DNA from: Promethearchaeota archaeon
Lineage (GTDB): Archaea; Asgardarchaeota; Lokiarchaeia; Sigyniarchaeales; SOKP01
NCBI GenBank assembly: GCA_048941285.1
Contig: JBHLNS010000003.1
Location: 64,001 to 128,000 of the forward strand
Direction: 5' to 3'
Length of the DNA: 64,000 bases
The notes beneath the pieces are model-generated. The model was not told the DNA's origin. It did no database searches and saw only the letters and a list, made by a program, of their open reading frames with translations. The position numbers were made by a program, and so were the translations under genes. Shown here one piece after another: positions 50,340 through 59,679 of this stretch. The first letter of the stretch is position 1; each line of letters starts with the position of its first letter.

Positions 50340-50405
50340 TCAATTTTGAAATAAAAAATAAAAAAAAAAAAAAAATTAATTAAAAAATTTAGAGGTTATA
50401 AATAT

Positions 50406-51386
50406 ATGGAAGCTCCGGATAAAGCAAAATATTATGACCATGAGGAAATTGATGTAGCACCTATAAGAGAAATAGCACAGGAAGTTTTAAGTGAAGTAAG
50501 CCGAGTTATTGTAGGAAATGGTGAAATTTTACAGCAACTCTTTATAGCTTTACTTGTAAATGGGCATGTACTATTAGAAGGAGTACCAGGTCTGGGTAAA
50601 ACGGTAATGGCTAAAACTTTTGCCAAAACTCTAGGTATTTCATTTCGAAGAGTTCAATTTACTCCTGATTTGTTACCTGCAGATATTACCGGTACAAAAA
50701 TATTTGATCAGAATGAAGGTGCATTTGTACTTCAAAAAGGACCGCTTTTCGCTAATATGGTACTAGCTGATGAGATTAACAGAAGTGCACCTAAAACACA
50801 AGCAGCTCTACTTGAAGCTATGGCTGAACGACAGATAACAATTGAGGGTCAGACTTTACCGCTTGAAAAACCCTTTATTGTTGTTGCAACAGAAAACCCT
50901 GTAGAAATGGAAGGGACTTATCCACTACCAGAAGCTCAAGTTGATCGATTCTTATTTAAACTATGGTTAGATTATCCTGAACAAGACGAAGAAGTAGAAA
51001 TTATGCGACGGCAAATTTCAGGTGAATCACCATCAGTTGAAATAATCACAACTGGCGAAGAAATCCTCGCAGCACAGAAAATTATGAATTTAGTCTATAT
51101 TGACGATCGAATTTTAAAATATGTTCGTGATATCATTTTAAAAACTAGAAATCATCCTCAGATAGCCCTTGGTTGTGGGCCAAGAGCCAGCTTAACCCTT
51201 ATGAAGTGTGCTAAAGCCCGTGCTGCAATACTAGGCCGATCATACGTGACTCCTGATGATGTACGAGCATTAATCGTACCAGCATTAAATCACAGAATTC
51301 TTCTAAAACCAGAAGCAGAATTGGAAGGACTTGATACAAAGGCTGTTCTAAAATCAATTGTTGAAGAAATACCAATCCCTATCTAA
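50406..51386 (+). CDS. moxR: MoxR-proper AAA+ ATPase
   Basis: GHVLLEGVPGLGKT, RVQFTPDLLPADITG, LADEINRSAPKTQAALLEAMAE, EGTYPLPEAQVDRF. Confidence 0.95.
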   Translation: MEAPDKAKYYDHEEIDVAPIREIAQEVLSEVSRVIVGNGEILQQLFIALLVNGHVLLEGVPGLGKTVMAKTFAKTLGISFRRVQFTPDLLPADITGTKIFDQNEGAFVLQKGPLFANMVLADEINRSAPKTQAALLEAMAERQITIEGQTLPLEKPFIVVATENPVEMEGTYPLPEAQVDRFLFKLWLDYPEQDEEVEIMRRQISGESPSVEIITTGEEILAAQKIMNLVYIDDRILKYVRDIILKTRNHPQIALGCGPRASLTLMKCAKARAAILGRSYVTPDDVRALIVPALNHRILLKPEAELEGLDTKAVLKSIVEEIPIPI

Positions 51387-51454
51387 ACCAATTTTTTTAT
51401 GGTAAAGTATTTAATCATAATTGGAACAAAAAATATTAAGCAAGGTGGAGTTTT

Positions 51455-52783
51455 ATACTAGGAGGTAAAGGTAGAAGTTTAATTTTATTTGCTGTTTTTT
51501 TTCTTACAGCTGGATTTGCATTTGTAAATTATTTCTTAATTTATTTCGCAATTTTACTATTATTTAGTACTATCATTAGTTTACCAATTTTCTATTATAA
51601 AATGAATATAGAAGAATTACGAGTGCATAGAGAACTTGAAAAGGAAAAAATATTCAAAGATGATTTCGTTCATGTCAAAGTAGTAATAGAGAATATTGGA
51701 CGCAACAGTTTTGATTTTATTGAAATAAGAGATAACTACAATCCTCAACTTTTTAGGTTAATTTTAGGTGAAAATTTTATCTCTACTAGAATTGGCCCAA
51801 AAGATCTAATTAAATTTTCTTATGTCCTTGAGCCAAAAGTAAGAGGAGAATACGCTCTTGGGCCTTTATCAATTATTGTGAAAGATAGATTAGGATTTAA
51901 TTCAGTTGAAAGAATCGTACCAGATAGTGTTACTGATATTCTCATTTATCCGCCTTATGAAGACATTAAAAGAATTGAAATTTTAGGTTCAAAACGATCT
52001 TTGCAATTAAATTATGGATTACAAAGATCGAAGCAGAAAGGTCTTGGATCAGAGTTTTATGGAATGAGGAAATATGTTTTTGGAGATCAATTCAGATTGA
52101 TAGATTGGAAAGCAAGTGCTCGATCTCAGACCTTAATCGTAAAGGAATATGAAAGTGAAAGGGATGTAACTGTAATGATTATAGTAGATTCATCAGATAC
52201 AATGGCAGGAGGAGCAATTGAAAATACAAAATTTGAATATGCAATAAGGGCCTGTATGCTTCTAACAAAAGTAGCATTGACACGAAGAGATAATGTAGGA
52301 GTTTTTACTTTTTCAGATAAGAAGAATTTAAATTTTTTAAGACCGAATAGTGGAGAAGACCATTTTTATAAAGTTCTAGATTTTGTCGCAAGGATTAAAC
52401 CTCAAGGAAGGTGTAAATTCATTGAAGCTATGGATAATTTCACAAAACGCTTTCAAAAACGAAGTTTAGTTTTTGTTATATCTGATTTGGAAGCAAATCC
52501 TAAGGATATTTCTGAGGCTGTTAGAAAGTTAGTCCCATTTAACCATACTATTATAATTATTAATCCATTCAGCCCTTGGTTTGAAATTCATGAAGTAGAC
52601 TTATCTTCAACAGATAAAGCATTAGCAGAAGCAATTAGTGAAGAGATGATGGAACACATTTTATCTATTAGACAAAACCTTCGAAACTTAGGAATTAATA
52701 TAATAACTTGTGGACCTGATGATATGATGAATCAAGTTTTGAGTAATTATATGGAAGCAAAAAAAAAGGGGAAGGCGTATTAA
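51455..52783 (+). CDS. DUF58 (vWA-like) protein with N-terminal TM hairpin (track start 51602)
   Basis: EFYGMRKYVFGD..IDWKASAR, VKEYE, DSSDTM, ISDL. The upstream in-frame hydrophobic segment begins at ATA 51455 behind GGTGGAG. Confidence 0.85.
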   Translation: MLGGKGRSLILFAVFFLTAGFAFVNYFLIYFAILLLFSTIISLPIFYYKMNIEELRVHRELEKEKIFKDDFVHVKVVIENIGRNSFDFIEIRDNYNPQLFRLILGENFISTRIGPKDLIKFSYVLEPKVRGEYALGPLSIIVKDRLGFNSVERIVPDSVTDILIYPPYEDIKRIEILGSKRSLQLNYGLQRSKQKGLGSEFYGMRKYVFGDQFRLIDWKASARSQTLIVKEYESERDVTVMIIVDSSDTMAGGAIENTKFEYAIRACMLLTKVALTRRDNVGVFTFSDKKNLNFLRPNSGEDHFYKVLDFVARIKPQGRCKFIEAMDNFTKRFQKRSLVFVISDLEANPKDISEAVRKLVPFNHTIIIINPFSPWFEIHEVDLSSTDKALAEAISEEMMEHILSIRQNLRNLGINIITCGPDDMMNQVLSNYMEAKKKGKAY

Positions 52784-52786
52784 GAA

Positions 52787-54253
52787 ATGGCTCGTGGGTA
52801 TTTATTATCACTAAAGATAATCAATCTTGCCGTATTCTCCTGGCTATTTATTATTTTCCTTACTTCAATTTTTGATTTTAATGCTGTAGTTGTAACAGCA
52901 GATAATCAATTCGTGATATTTGCCTTTTTAGGAGCATTAAAAAATGTTTTCTCATATTTGATTTATGGATTATTTTTCGTTATTGCTTATGGCTTAGCTT
53001 TTATTTTTGGAGGTGTTTTTAACAGCTATTTGTTTAATTTTGTTGAGGGTTTTTTTCAGGGATATTTGAGTAAATGGTTTTCAATTCCTCAACCAGAATT
53101 GCAAAACATTCCTACTTTAATATTAAACGAGTTAGGCGTCCTTTTTAATGATTTTTATTTATTTATTTTTCAAATTTTATTTGTTATTTCAATCATTTAT
53201 GCTATTAGAGGTTTCTTCAAAAGTGATCCAAGAAATTCTTTTATTGCAATCGGATCAATCGTACTTATGATTATAGTTCCTCTAATGGTTGTTGGGTTAA
53301 AAGAGATGTTAAATCTTTTTATAGGAAATCTCCCTCCAGAAAGTAGACCAGATTATGTACAATATATTTATGAAATGGCTTCAACGAATCCTCTCAATGA
53401 CAGCCTAACTCAAATTCCTATTGATAATTTGTTCCAGTTTTTAGCAAATCCAGTTATTTTATTTGCTATAATATCATATGTTTATCTCGAATTAACATTT
53501 CAAATTAATTACGCTGATACGGTTACTAAACCTTCATTAGAGAGAAGTGAAAGATTGGAAGCTCAACTGAATATTCTAGCAAGAGAATCACATTTTATCA
53601 CTGCTAATATTGATAAAATAAAAACGGAAGCCAAGGAAAGAATGAAAGAAATTGAAGCAGAGCAACAAGAAGATTTGATTGTTGGGAAATTTTTTGCAAA
53701 GACAGGTAAGCGATTTTCCTATGTAAAAGAAATGATAGAAAAGAAAAAATTAGAGGAAGAGGAAAAAAAATTAGTAACAGCAGCTTCAAAAACGAGAAGA
53801 CTTGGGCGGTATATAGATCGTCTATTTCGAGAAGATCCTGAAGCAAGAGATACATTAACTGCAAGTTCTTCTGCTCCTAGAGCTCGTAATTTAGCAACAT
53901 CTACATTATTTAACTTTATTTATCGCGTAGGTTTACTTATGATCATAAGTTTTATCATTATTCACCCACATTGGTTTTTGGCTACAGTTATTCAATTACC
54001 GGATGCAATTACCGAAAGTGTTGCAATGTATTCTCCCGAAGTCATTATTATCTTACTCCTGCCAATTATGTTAATTTTTCCAGTAATATCAAAATTAATT
54101 TCGTTTATCAAACATAGAAATTTGATAATTCGATTACAACAAGAAGGACGGATAAAGGAACTTCTGATTTCAGTTGGAGATTATGTTATAAAGGAAGAAG
54201 CTAAAGCTGCTATGGACGAACAAACTGAAGAAGTAGTAACTGAATCTACCTAA
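52787..54253 (+). CDS. polytopic membrane protein with cytoplasmic coiled-coil loop
   Basis: Multiple hydrophobic segments and a charged helical loop; 3 nt after the DUF58 gene. Confidence 0.7.
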   Translation: MARGYLLSLKIINLAVFSWLFIIFLTSIFDFNAVVVTADNQFVIFAFLGALKNVFSYLIYGLFFVIAYGLAFIFGGVFNSYLFNFVEGFFQGYLSKWFSIPQPELQNIPTLILNELGVLFNDFYLFIFQILFVISIIYAIRGFFKSDPRNSFIAIGSIVLMIIVPLMVVGLKEMLNLFIGNLPPESRPDYVQYIYEMASTNPLNDSLTQIPIDNLFQFLANPVILFAIISYVYLELTFQINYADTVTKPSLERSERLEAQLNILARESHFITANIDKIKTEAKERMKEIEAEQQEDLIVGKFFAKTGKRFSYVKEMIEKKKLEEEEKKLVTAASKTRRLGRYIDRLFREDPEARDTLTASSSAPRARNLATSTLFNFIYRVGLLMIISFIIIHPHWFLATVIQLPDAITESVAMYSPEVIIILLLPIMLIFPVISKLISFIKHRNLIIRLQQEGRIKELLISVGDYVIKEEAKAAMDEQTEEVVTEST

Positions 54254-54271
54254 ATGTTTTTCTTTTTCTAA

Positions 54272-55201
54272 TTATAAACTTAACACAAAATTAGCTAAAT
54301 TTATCTTTTTTTTTTTATTTATCATTAAAGTATCAAAACAATAAGTCCTAATTCCCAATTCTTCAATTTTAGCTTTAAGCTCACAATCCTTATTATCTAT
54401 AATAAAATTTCCTAAAAATTCATCATAAAAACTTGCAACTCCTACACACGAGACTTCGAATCCATAAAACTTCATCATCTTATCTGCTGGGCCTTTAACA
54501 GTGGTACCTTCTATAATTGGACTTATCCCAAAAACTTTATCTTTGGCTTTAGAAAGTGCATCCTTCAATCCTTTCACTTGGAGTATAGTTCCTATTGATA
54601 CAATTGGATTGGATGGACAAATTATTACTTTATTAGCTCGTTTTATATATTCTAATACATTTTTAACAGGTAATGCCTGTTCGATTCCTTTAAATTCAAT
54701 ATTAAGAATTTCAGGTAAACATTTATACTTAATAAAGTATTCTTCGAAATGCATTGATCCTAATGGTGTTTTAATAAAGGTCTGGACTGTTTCATTCGAC
54801 ATTGGAATAATATGAGATTTAACACCTAAATTTTGACATATCATTTTGGTTATCTCTGCCTTGTTAAAACCTTGTTTGAATAAATCGGTACGATAAATGT
54901 GAGTAGCTAGATCTTTATCACCAGCATTAAACCATCCGCTATCATAATATTTCTTTAAAATACTTAAGCAATTAAAAGATTCATTAGTAAAGCCCCATCC
55001 CTTTTTCTTATCAACCGAATTTGCTAAAGTATAAGTTATTATATCTAAATCAGGGCAAATTTTAAGGCCAAATAAGTCAATATCATCACCAGTATTTACA
55101 ATAATTTTAATTAATTCTGGTTCGATTACTTTCGCTAATCCCTGAATAAATTTCGCTGCTCCTATTCCTCCCGCTAAAAGCACATAATAATTTTCACTCA
55201 T
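54272..55201 (-). CDS. cofD: 2-phospho-L-lactate/PEP transferase CofD (FbiA)
   Basis: LAGGIGAAKF, VNTGDD, CPDLD, GDKDLATH, HFEEYF, PSNPIVSIG, VKGPADK. Confidence 0.93.
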   Translation of the reverse strand: MSENYYVLLAGGIGAAKFIQGLAKVIEPELIKIIVNTGDDIDLFGLKICPDLDIITYTLANSVDKKKGWGFTNESFNCLSILKKYYDSGWFNAGDKDLATHIYRTDLFKQGFNKAEITKMICQNLGVKSHIIPMSNETVQTFIKTPLGSMHFEEYFIKYKCLPEILNIEFKGIEQALPVKNVLEYIKRANKVIICPSNPIVSIGTILQVKGLKDALSKAKDKVFGISPIIEGTTVKGPADKMMKFYGFEVSCVGVASFYDEFLGNFIIDNKDCELKAKIEELGIRTYCFDTLMINKKKKINLANFVLSL

Positions 55202-55207
55202 AACTTA

Positions 55208-56626
55208 TTACCATTGAGTATTGCATTCATATATTATTTCCTTTAAACTTTTACGCTTCGGGGCTTGAATAGTTTTCAAAGGGTATCCAACAGTAAAAAA
55301 TGCCATGGGAATATATGTTTCAGGAAGTATTAAATTTTTTCTTATTGTATTCTTAGCAAAAAGAGGAGCACAATACCAGCACGCTGCCAATTTTCTCATC
55401 TCAAATGCTAGGAGTAAGTAAGTTGCTGAACTACTGATACTTTGGATCCCTAAAATGAATTCATTTTGTGCCCTTTCTGGATCAGCATATTTTTCTAAAT
55501 CTGAAGTATCTAAGCACAATAAAATTAAAATGGGGGCATCTATAAAATTATTTCTTGTTTTTTCCACCTTAGACATAATAAAATCTTTTGATTTTCCGTC
55601 TTTCTCTAAATCGAGTCTTAATTTTTCATTCATTTTTTCTATTAAAACATTACGGATCTTACCTTTTTCAAATATTATATATCTCCAAAATTGTCCATTA
55701 TGCGCACTTGGAGCCCATTTAGCAAGGTCAATGCATTCTTCAATAATTTTTTTTTTAACATTTCTTTGTGAAAACGCTATTTTGTAACTCCTCCGATTTT
55801 TTAGTAATTCATTCATTCTTGTTTCTTCATTGTACAAAAACAAATCATCTTCCTTCCTTCTTAGAATATGTTTAATTGAAGTCTTCTCATTAAATTCAAA
55901 ATTATATCCTCTTATTAAAACAATTGGAATACCTTCATCTGATTCTCCCATAACTAATTGTGCGGCAGCAGCAAGACTATCAACCTGTCCAATAATAGTT
56001 GTTTGAAGTTGATGACCAAATAGATCTTTCTTTCCTCGCATATCTAAAATTGGATTTATTCCTGAAACTCCAATAGCAGTTCCAACGGCTCCTAATCTAA
56101 AAGGTCTACCAAATGAATCAGATATAATAACTGCAATCTCTTTTTTAGTTATTTTTTTCAACATTTTTCTTATTTTCTCGGCATCTTTATCTGGGTTTTC
56201 TGGTAACAAACTTACAAATCCTTCACCCTCAATGTTGGACTTATCTATACCCGCATCAGCACAAATGAATCCATGTTTAGTTTCAGTGATCAAAACATGT
56301 TCATGCTTTACAATTTTCTTAGACTCATCTAATATTAATTGTATCAATTCCGGTTTTTTTTCTGGTAATCCATGATTTTTTGCTTTTTGCTTCAATACTT
56401 TGTATAATTCAATAGCTCTTTCACTTGGTATTATATCATTCAAATTTCTTGTTGTACCATTACTTTTAGAAATGATTGTTTGAGCAATGATAATAATATC
56501 GCCTTCTTGTAAAATTAATTTATTTCGACTTAAAGCATCTATTATAATTTCAGAGAGATTGTCCCCTTTTTTAATTATAGGAATTTCTTTTAAACCAATA
56601 ATTTTAACTTCATCTTTAAAATTCAT
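55208..56626 (-). CDS. cofE: F420-0:gamma-glutamyl ligase CofE fused to nitroreductase domain (FbiB-like)
   Basis: ADAGIDKSN, LPENPD, SDSFGRPFRLG, MGESDEGIP; then RRSYK, WAPSAHNGQFW, LAACW, VGYP nitroreductase motifs. Confidence 0.9.
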   Translation of the reverse strand: MNFKDEVKIIGLKEIPIIKKGDNLSEIIIDALSRNKLILQEGDIIIIAQTIISKSNGTTRNLNDIIPSERAIELYKVLKQKAKNHGLPEKKPELIQLILDESKKIVKHEHVLITETKHGFICADAGIDKSNIEGEGFVSLLPENPDKDAEKIRKMLKKITKKEIAVIISDSFGRPFRLGAVGTAIGVSGINPILDMRGKKDLFGHQLQTTIIGQVDSLAAAAQLVMGESDEGIPIVLIRGYNFEFNEKTSIKHILRRKEDDLFLYNEETRMNELLKNRRSYKIAFSQRNVKKKIIEECIDLAKWAPSAHNGQFWRYIIFEKGKIRNVLIEKMNEKLRLDLEKDGKSKDFIMSKVEKTRNNFIDAPILILLCLDTSDLEKYADPERAQNEFILGIQSISSSATYLLLAFEMRKLAACWYCAPLFAKNTIRKNLILPETYIPMAFFTVGYPLKTIQAPKRKSLKEIIYECNTQW

Positions 56627-56636
56627 TCTAAATCAT

Positions 56637-57692
56637 TTAGATGTTAGAGTATTTTTTAATATCTGATTTTTTACTTTGAGCTAATTCTTCAAATTTATTA
56701 GGAATTGCACAACAAGCAGAAAAAAACTCGAATTGGATTTTAGAATTATATTTTTTTAACCACCTTAAAGTTTCTTTGGATGGAATTTCAATTCTAGTTA
56801 TCCCCGCTTTAATAGCTGCTTTTTCAATTTCAGTTTTAAATTTTCCTCTGGGTCTCATGCATCCTAAAGATATCTCTGTTTTAGGAAAAGCAATTCTTAC
56901 AATTGCTATAACTTTTGCAATATCTTCCGGAGTAGGGGACTCAAATTTGATCTTCGAAACCTTAGGAGGTATTAATACAATAATTACTATTAGAGATGGA
57001 TTAATTTTAGAATCTTTAATAAATCTTATAGATTCTAATTCTTTATTGAGTTTTCCATAATGTAAACCAATACATATATGGGGTACAATATTTAAATTGT
57101 ATTTCTTTAATATTTCTATTGCTCTTTTATATTCCTTTAATTCAATATCCAAATGATAAATGTTCTTTACAACTGCTTCATCCATATTTATATCAAAGGA
57201 TACTATATCAACATTTGCATCAACAAGCTTCTGTGCCGTTTCTTCATTTAGTAACCCTGTATGGGTATTTATAATTAAATTTGTATCTTCTTTCACTTTT
57301 TTAATAGTATCTAAAAATTTTAATAATGGAACTGACCCATCAACCATACTTCCTCCTGATATTAAAGCACCTACTCCACTTTTACCAGAAAGTTTCATCA
57401 AAAATTGTTCTAGCTCCTTATTTGTCAATATAGGCTTCATCCCTTCCAAATATTTCTTGTTACAATGTTCACATTCTAAAGCACATTCACTCCCCGTAAT
57501 ACTGATTGCTGGAAATTTTATAGTGGGAATATAAATTTTTAAAACATTATTAAAGTTGGTGCGAGTAATCTTTTGAGAAAGATTAAAGAGTTGGTCTAAA
57601 TCTTCAGATTTCAGTTCTAACAATTTCTGAAAATCTTCCCATGATACGGATTCAGATCTTAATTTCTCTAAAAATTTTTGAGTATTATTCAT
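56637..57692 (-). CDS. lipS1: radical SAM lipoyl synthase subunit LipS1-like
   Basis: CALECEHC, LISGG, GCMR and C-terminal CC motifs of archaeal LipS1; clustered with ligase and LipS2. Confidence 0.8.
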   Translation of the reverse strand: MNNTQKFLEKLRSESVSWEDFQKLLELKSEDLDQLFNLSQKITRTNFNNVLKIYIPTIKFPAISITGSECALECEHCNKKYLEGMKPILTNKELEQFLMKLSGKSGVGALISGGSMVDGSVPLLKFLDTIKKVKEDTNLIINTHTGLLNEETAQKLVDANVDIVSFDINMDEAVVKNIYHLDIELKEYKRAIEILKKYNLNIVPHICIGLHYGKLNKELESIRFIKDSKINPSLIVIIVLIPPKVSKIKFESPTPEDIAKVIAIVRIAFPKTEISLGCMRPRGKFKTEIEKAAIKAGITRIEIPSKETLRWLKKYNSKIQFEFFSACCAIPNKFEELAQSKKSDIKKYSNI

Positions 57693-58464
57693 ACTTCTTT
57701 AACCAATTCAAATTTGAATATTTCTCTAATATTAATTGTTCCGCTAAATCTTTTTCCATTTCAGAAATAAGCCCATCCTTTAAAGTTATTCTCAATACTC
57801 TTTCAAATCCTTGTTTCAATGAATTAATTAGTTCGCTTTCTTGAAAATTTACGATATAATTTGCAATACCTATGCATTTAGCGCGAACAGACCTTACCAT
57901 TCTTGACTTACCTACATTTGCAGGAGCTTTCAATACGGAATACATTAAATCGGGATCAAGATCTAATAAAATGGTGCCATGTTGAAGAAGATGTCCCATC
58001 TTTCTAACTTGCGCATTTCCAGAGAACTTTTTTCCATCTAGTAAGATAGCAGGGCAATGAATAATATCTTTTTCTGTATTTAGTCCAAAGATATTTAAAC
58101 CCTTAATTATCCCCTGAGTAATAATCTCAAATTGTTCTATTACCTTATTAGCACCCAAATTCTCAAGAAATTTAATAGGACACACAACTGAATATGTAAT
58201 TTCTCTAGTTTCGTCGTGAAAAACAGCACCCCCCCCAGTAATGCGTCTTACAATTGTGAATCCTTGTTCTTCTGAAAATGGAATATTAATCTCATTCTTT
58301 AAACTCTGATTTCTTCCTATGCTAGCGGTTGAAGGTTTCCATTTATAAAACCTTAGAGTATTCAGAGATTTCCCCTCTATTACCATTCTTAAGACTGCTT
58401 CATCTAAAGCCATATTCCAAAATCCGTTATTAATTTCTAATGGTAAAAATCTCCAAACATTCAT
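57685..58464 (-). CDS. lipoate-protein ligase / octanoyltransferase family protein
   Basis: NMALDEA, LRFY.W, RRITGGGAVFHD, KKFSGNAQ, LQHGT. Confidence 0.9.
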   Translation of the reverse strand: MNVWRFLPLEINNGFWNMALDEAVLRMVIEGKSLNTLRFYKWKPSTASIGRNQSLKNEINIPFSEEQGFTIVRRITGGGAVFHDETREITYSVVCPIKFLENLGANKVIEQFEIITQGIIKGLNIFGLNTEKDIIHCPAILLDGKKFSGNAQVRKMGHLLQHGTILLDLDPDLMYSVLKAPANVGKSRMVRSVRAKCIGIANYIVNFQESELINSLKQGFERVLRITLKDGLISEMEKDLAEQLILEKYSNLNWLKKYE

Positions 58465-58480
58465 TTTTTGTAATAGAATT

Positions 58481-59491
58481 TTATTTTACAAATTTATATA
58501 GTAGTTGGTATAATTCTAATTTTTCATTTTCAGTTAATGCTCTTGGATAATTATATATTGGACCTGATGGTTTAGATGTGTAATAAGGGCGATTACAATT
58601 AGGGCATCCTGAAGTTAAAAAAGCACTTGTATTATTAATAATCCAATCAAGGTCTTTTTTACTGATATTGAAGTTAATTATTCGACCTCCCTTATTAAAT
58701 GTAATATCTTTTAAATCTCTTTTATTATTAAAGATCAAATATCTTCCTAGCTGTAATTTTCTATAATTTAAAATTTTAGGTTGCTCCATATTTTCAAATT
58801 TTGTACCTTTTATAGGCGTAAAGGCAAACAATGAGACAATAATCCCTAATTTATATAATTTGTCAATAAGATGAATTACCTGTTTTTCTGTTTCTTCCAA
58901 CCCGATAATTATATGCGTACTAACAAATCCAGGCGAAAAAATTTCAAGGGCTTCATTTAATTTTTGAAAATGTTCTTCCCATGTATAAGGACCCCCGATT
59001 TTGCAACCTTTAATCTTTTCAAAAACTTCAGATGTGGCACCATCTAAAGCAATTCCCACTCTTTCAACCCCTTTATTTTTGAGTTCTTTCAATTGTTGCT
59101 TTAAGAAAGGAGGAATGGCAACCGATATTGGAATATCAGTATAAGTTCTGATCTGGGTTATAATCTCTATTAAATCATTAAAATTCTCTGGATAATTTAG
59201 AGTTTGAATACAAATTCGTTCAAATTTTTTTGAAAATGGCATATATTTCAATTTTGTTAGAAAATCTTTAAAGGAGAATATAGGCCAATTGACTCTAGAA
59301 AGTTTTTCTACTGAACTTTTTGATGATCGTGCTTGAGGACAAAAACCACAATTTGCAGTACAATGACCTTCCGTGAACGTCATAATATAACAGGTAGTTG
59401 GGGGAATTTTGAATTGAGGGAATACACCTAATCCTAAAACAGAAGCACTTCCAACAGAAACCCTTATTTTTTCTATTGTCATTGATCTCAC
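58481..59491 (-). CDS. lipS2: radical SAM lipoyl synthase subunit LipS2-like
   Basis: CTANCGFC, LSRVNWP, TSGCPNCNRPY motif of archaeal LipS2. Confidence 0.82.
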   Translation of the reverse strand: MRSMTIEKIRVSVGSASVLGLGVFPQFKIPPTTCYIMTFTEGHCTANCGFCPQARSSKSSVEKLSRVNWPIFSFKDFLTKLKYMPFSKKFERICIQTLNYPENFNDLIEIITQIRTYTDIPISVAIPPFLKQQLKELKNKGVERVGIALDGATSEVFEKIKGCKIGGPYTWEEHFQKLNEALEIFSPGFVSTHIIIGLEETEKQVIHLIDKLYKLGIIVSLFAFTPIKGTKFENMEQPKILNYRKLQLGRYLIFNNKRDLKDITFNKGGRIINFNISKKDLDWIINNTSAFLTSGCPNCNRPYYTSKPSGPIYNYPRALTENEKLELYQLLYKFVK

Positions 59492-59679
59492 TAGTAAATT
59501 GGTAAAATTAAGTTTTATTGCTTCAGTTTATAAATTTTATAATCATTTTAACTAGTATTTCTTTAAGAAATATCAAGCTTTACCATTTATAAATAACGAC
59601 GTAAAAAATTTATTAAATCAATTATTAAAATATTAAATATTGAGTGTATCTCCAAACTTAAGAAAAGTGTTATAATTTT

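Noticed and set aside
54306-54316. T11 run within cofD as a phase-variation site
   Set aside because: It encodes a Lys run near the C-terminus in an AT-rich genome, and the frame is intact
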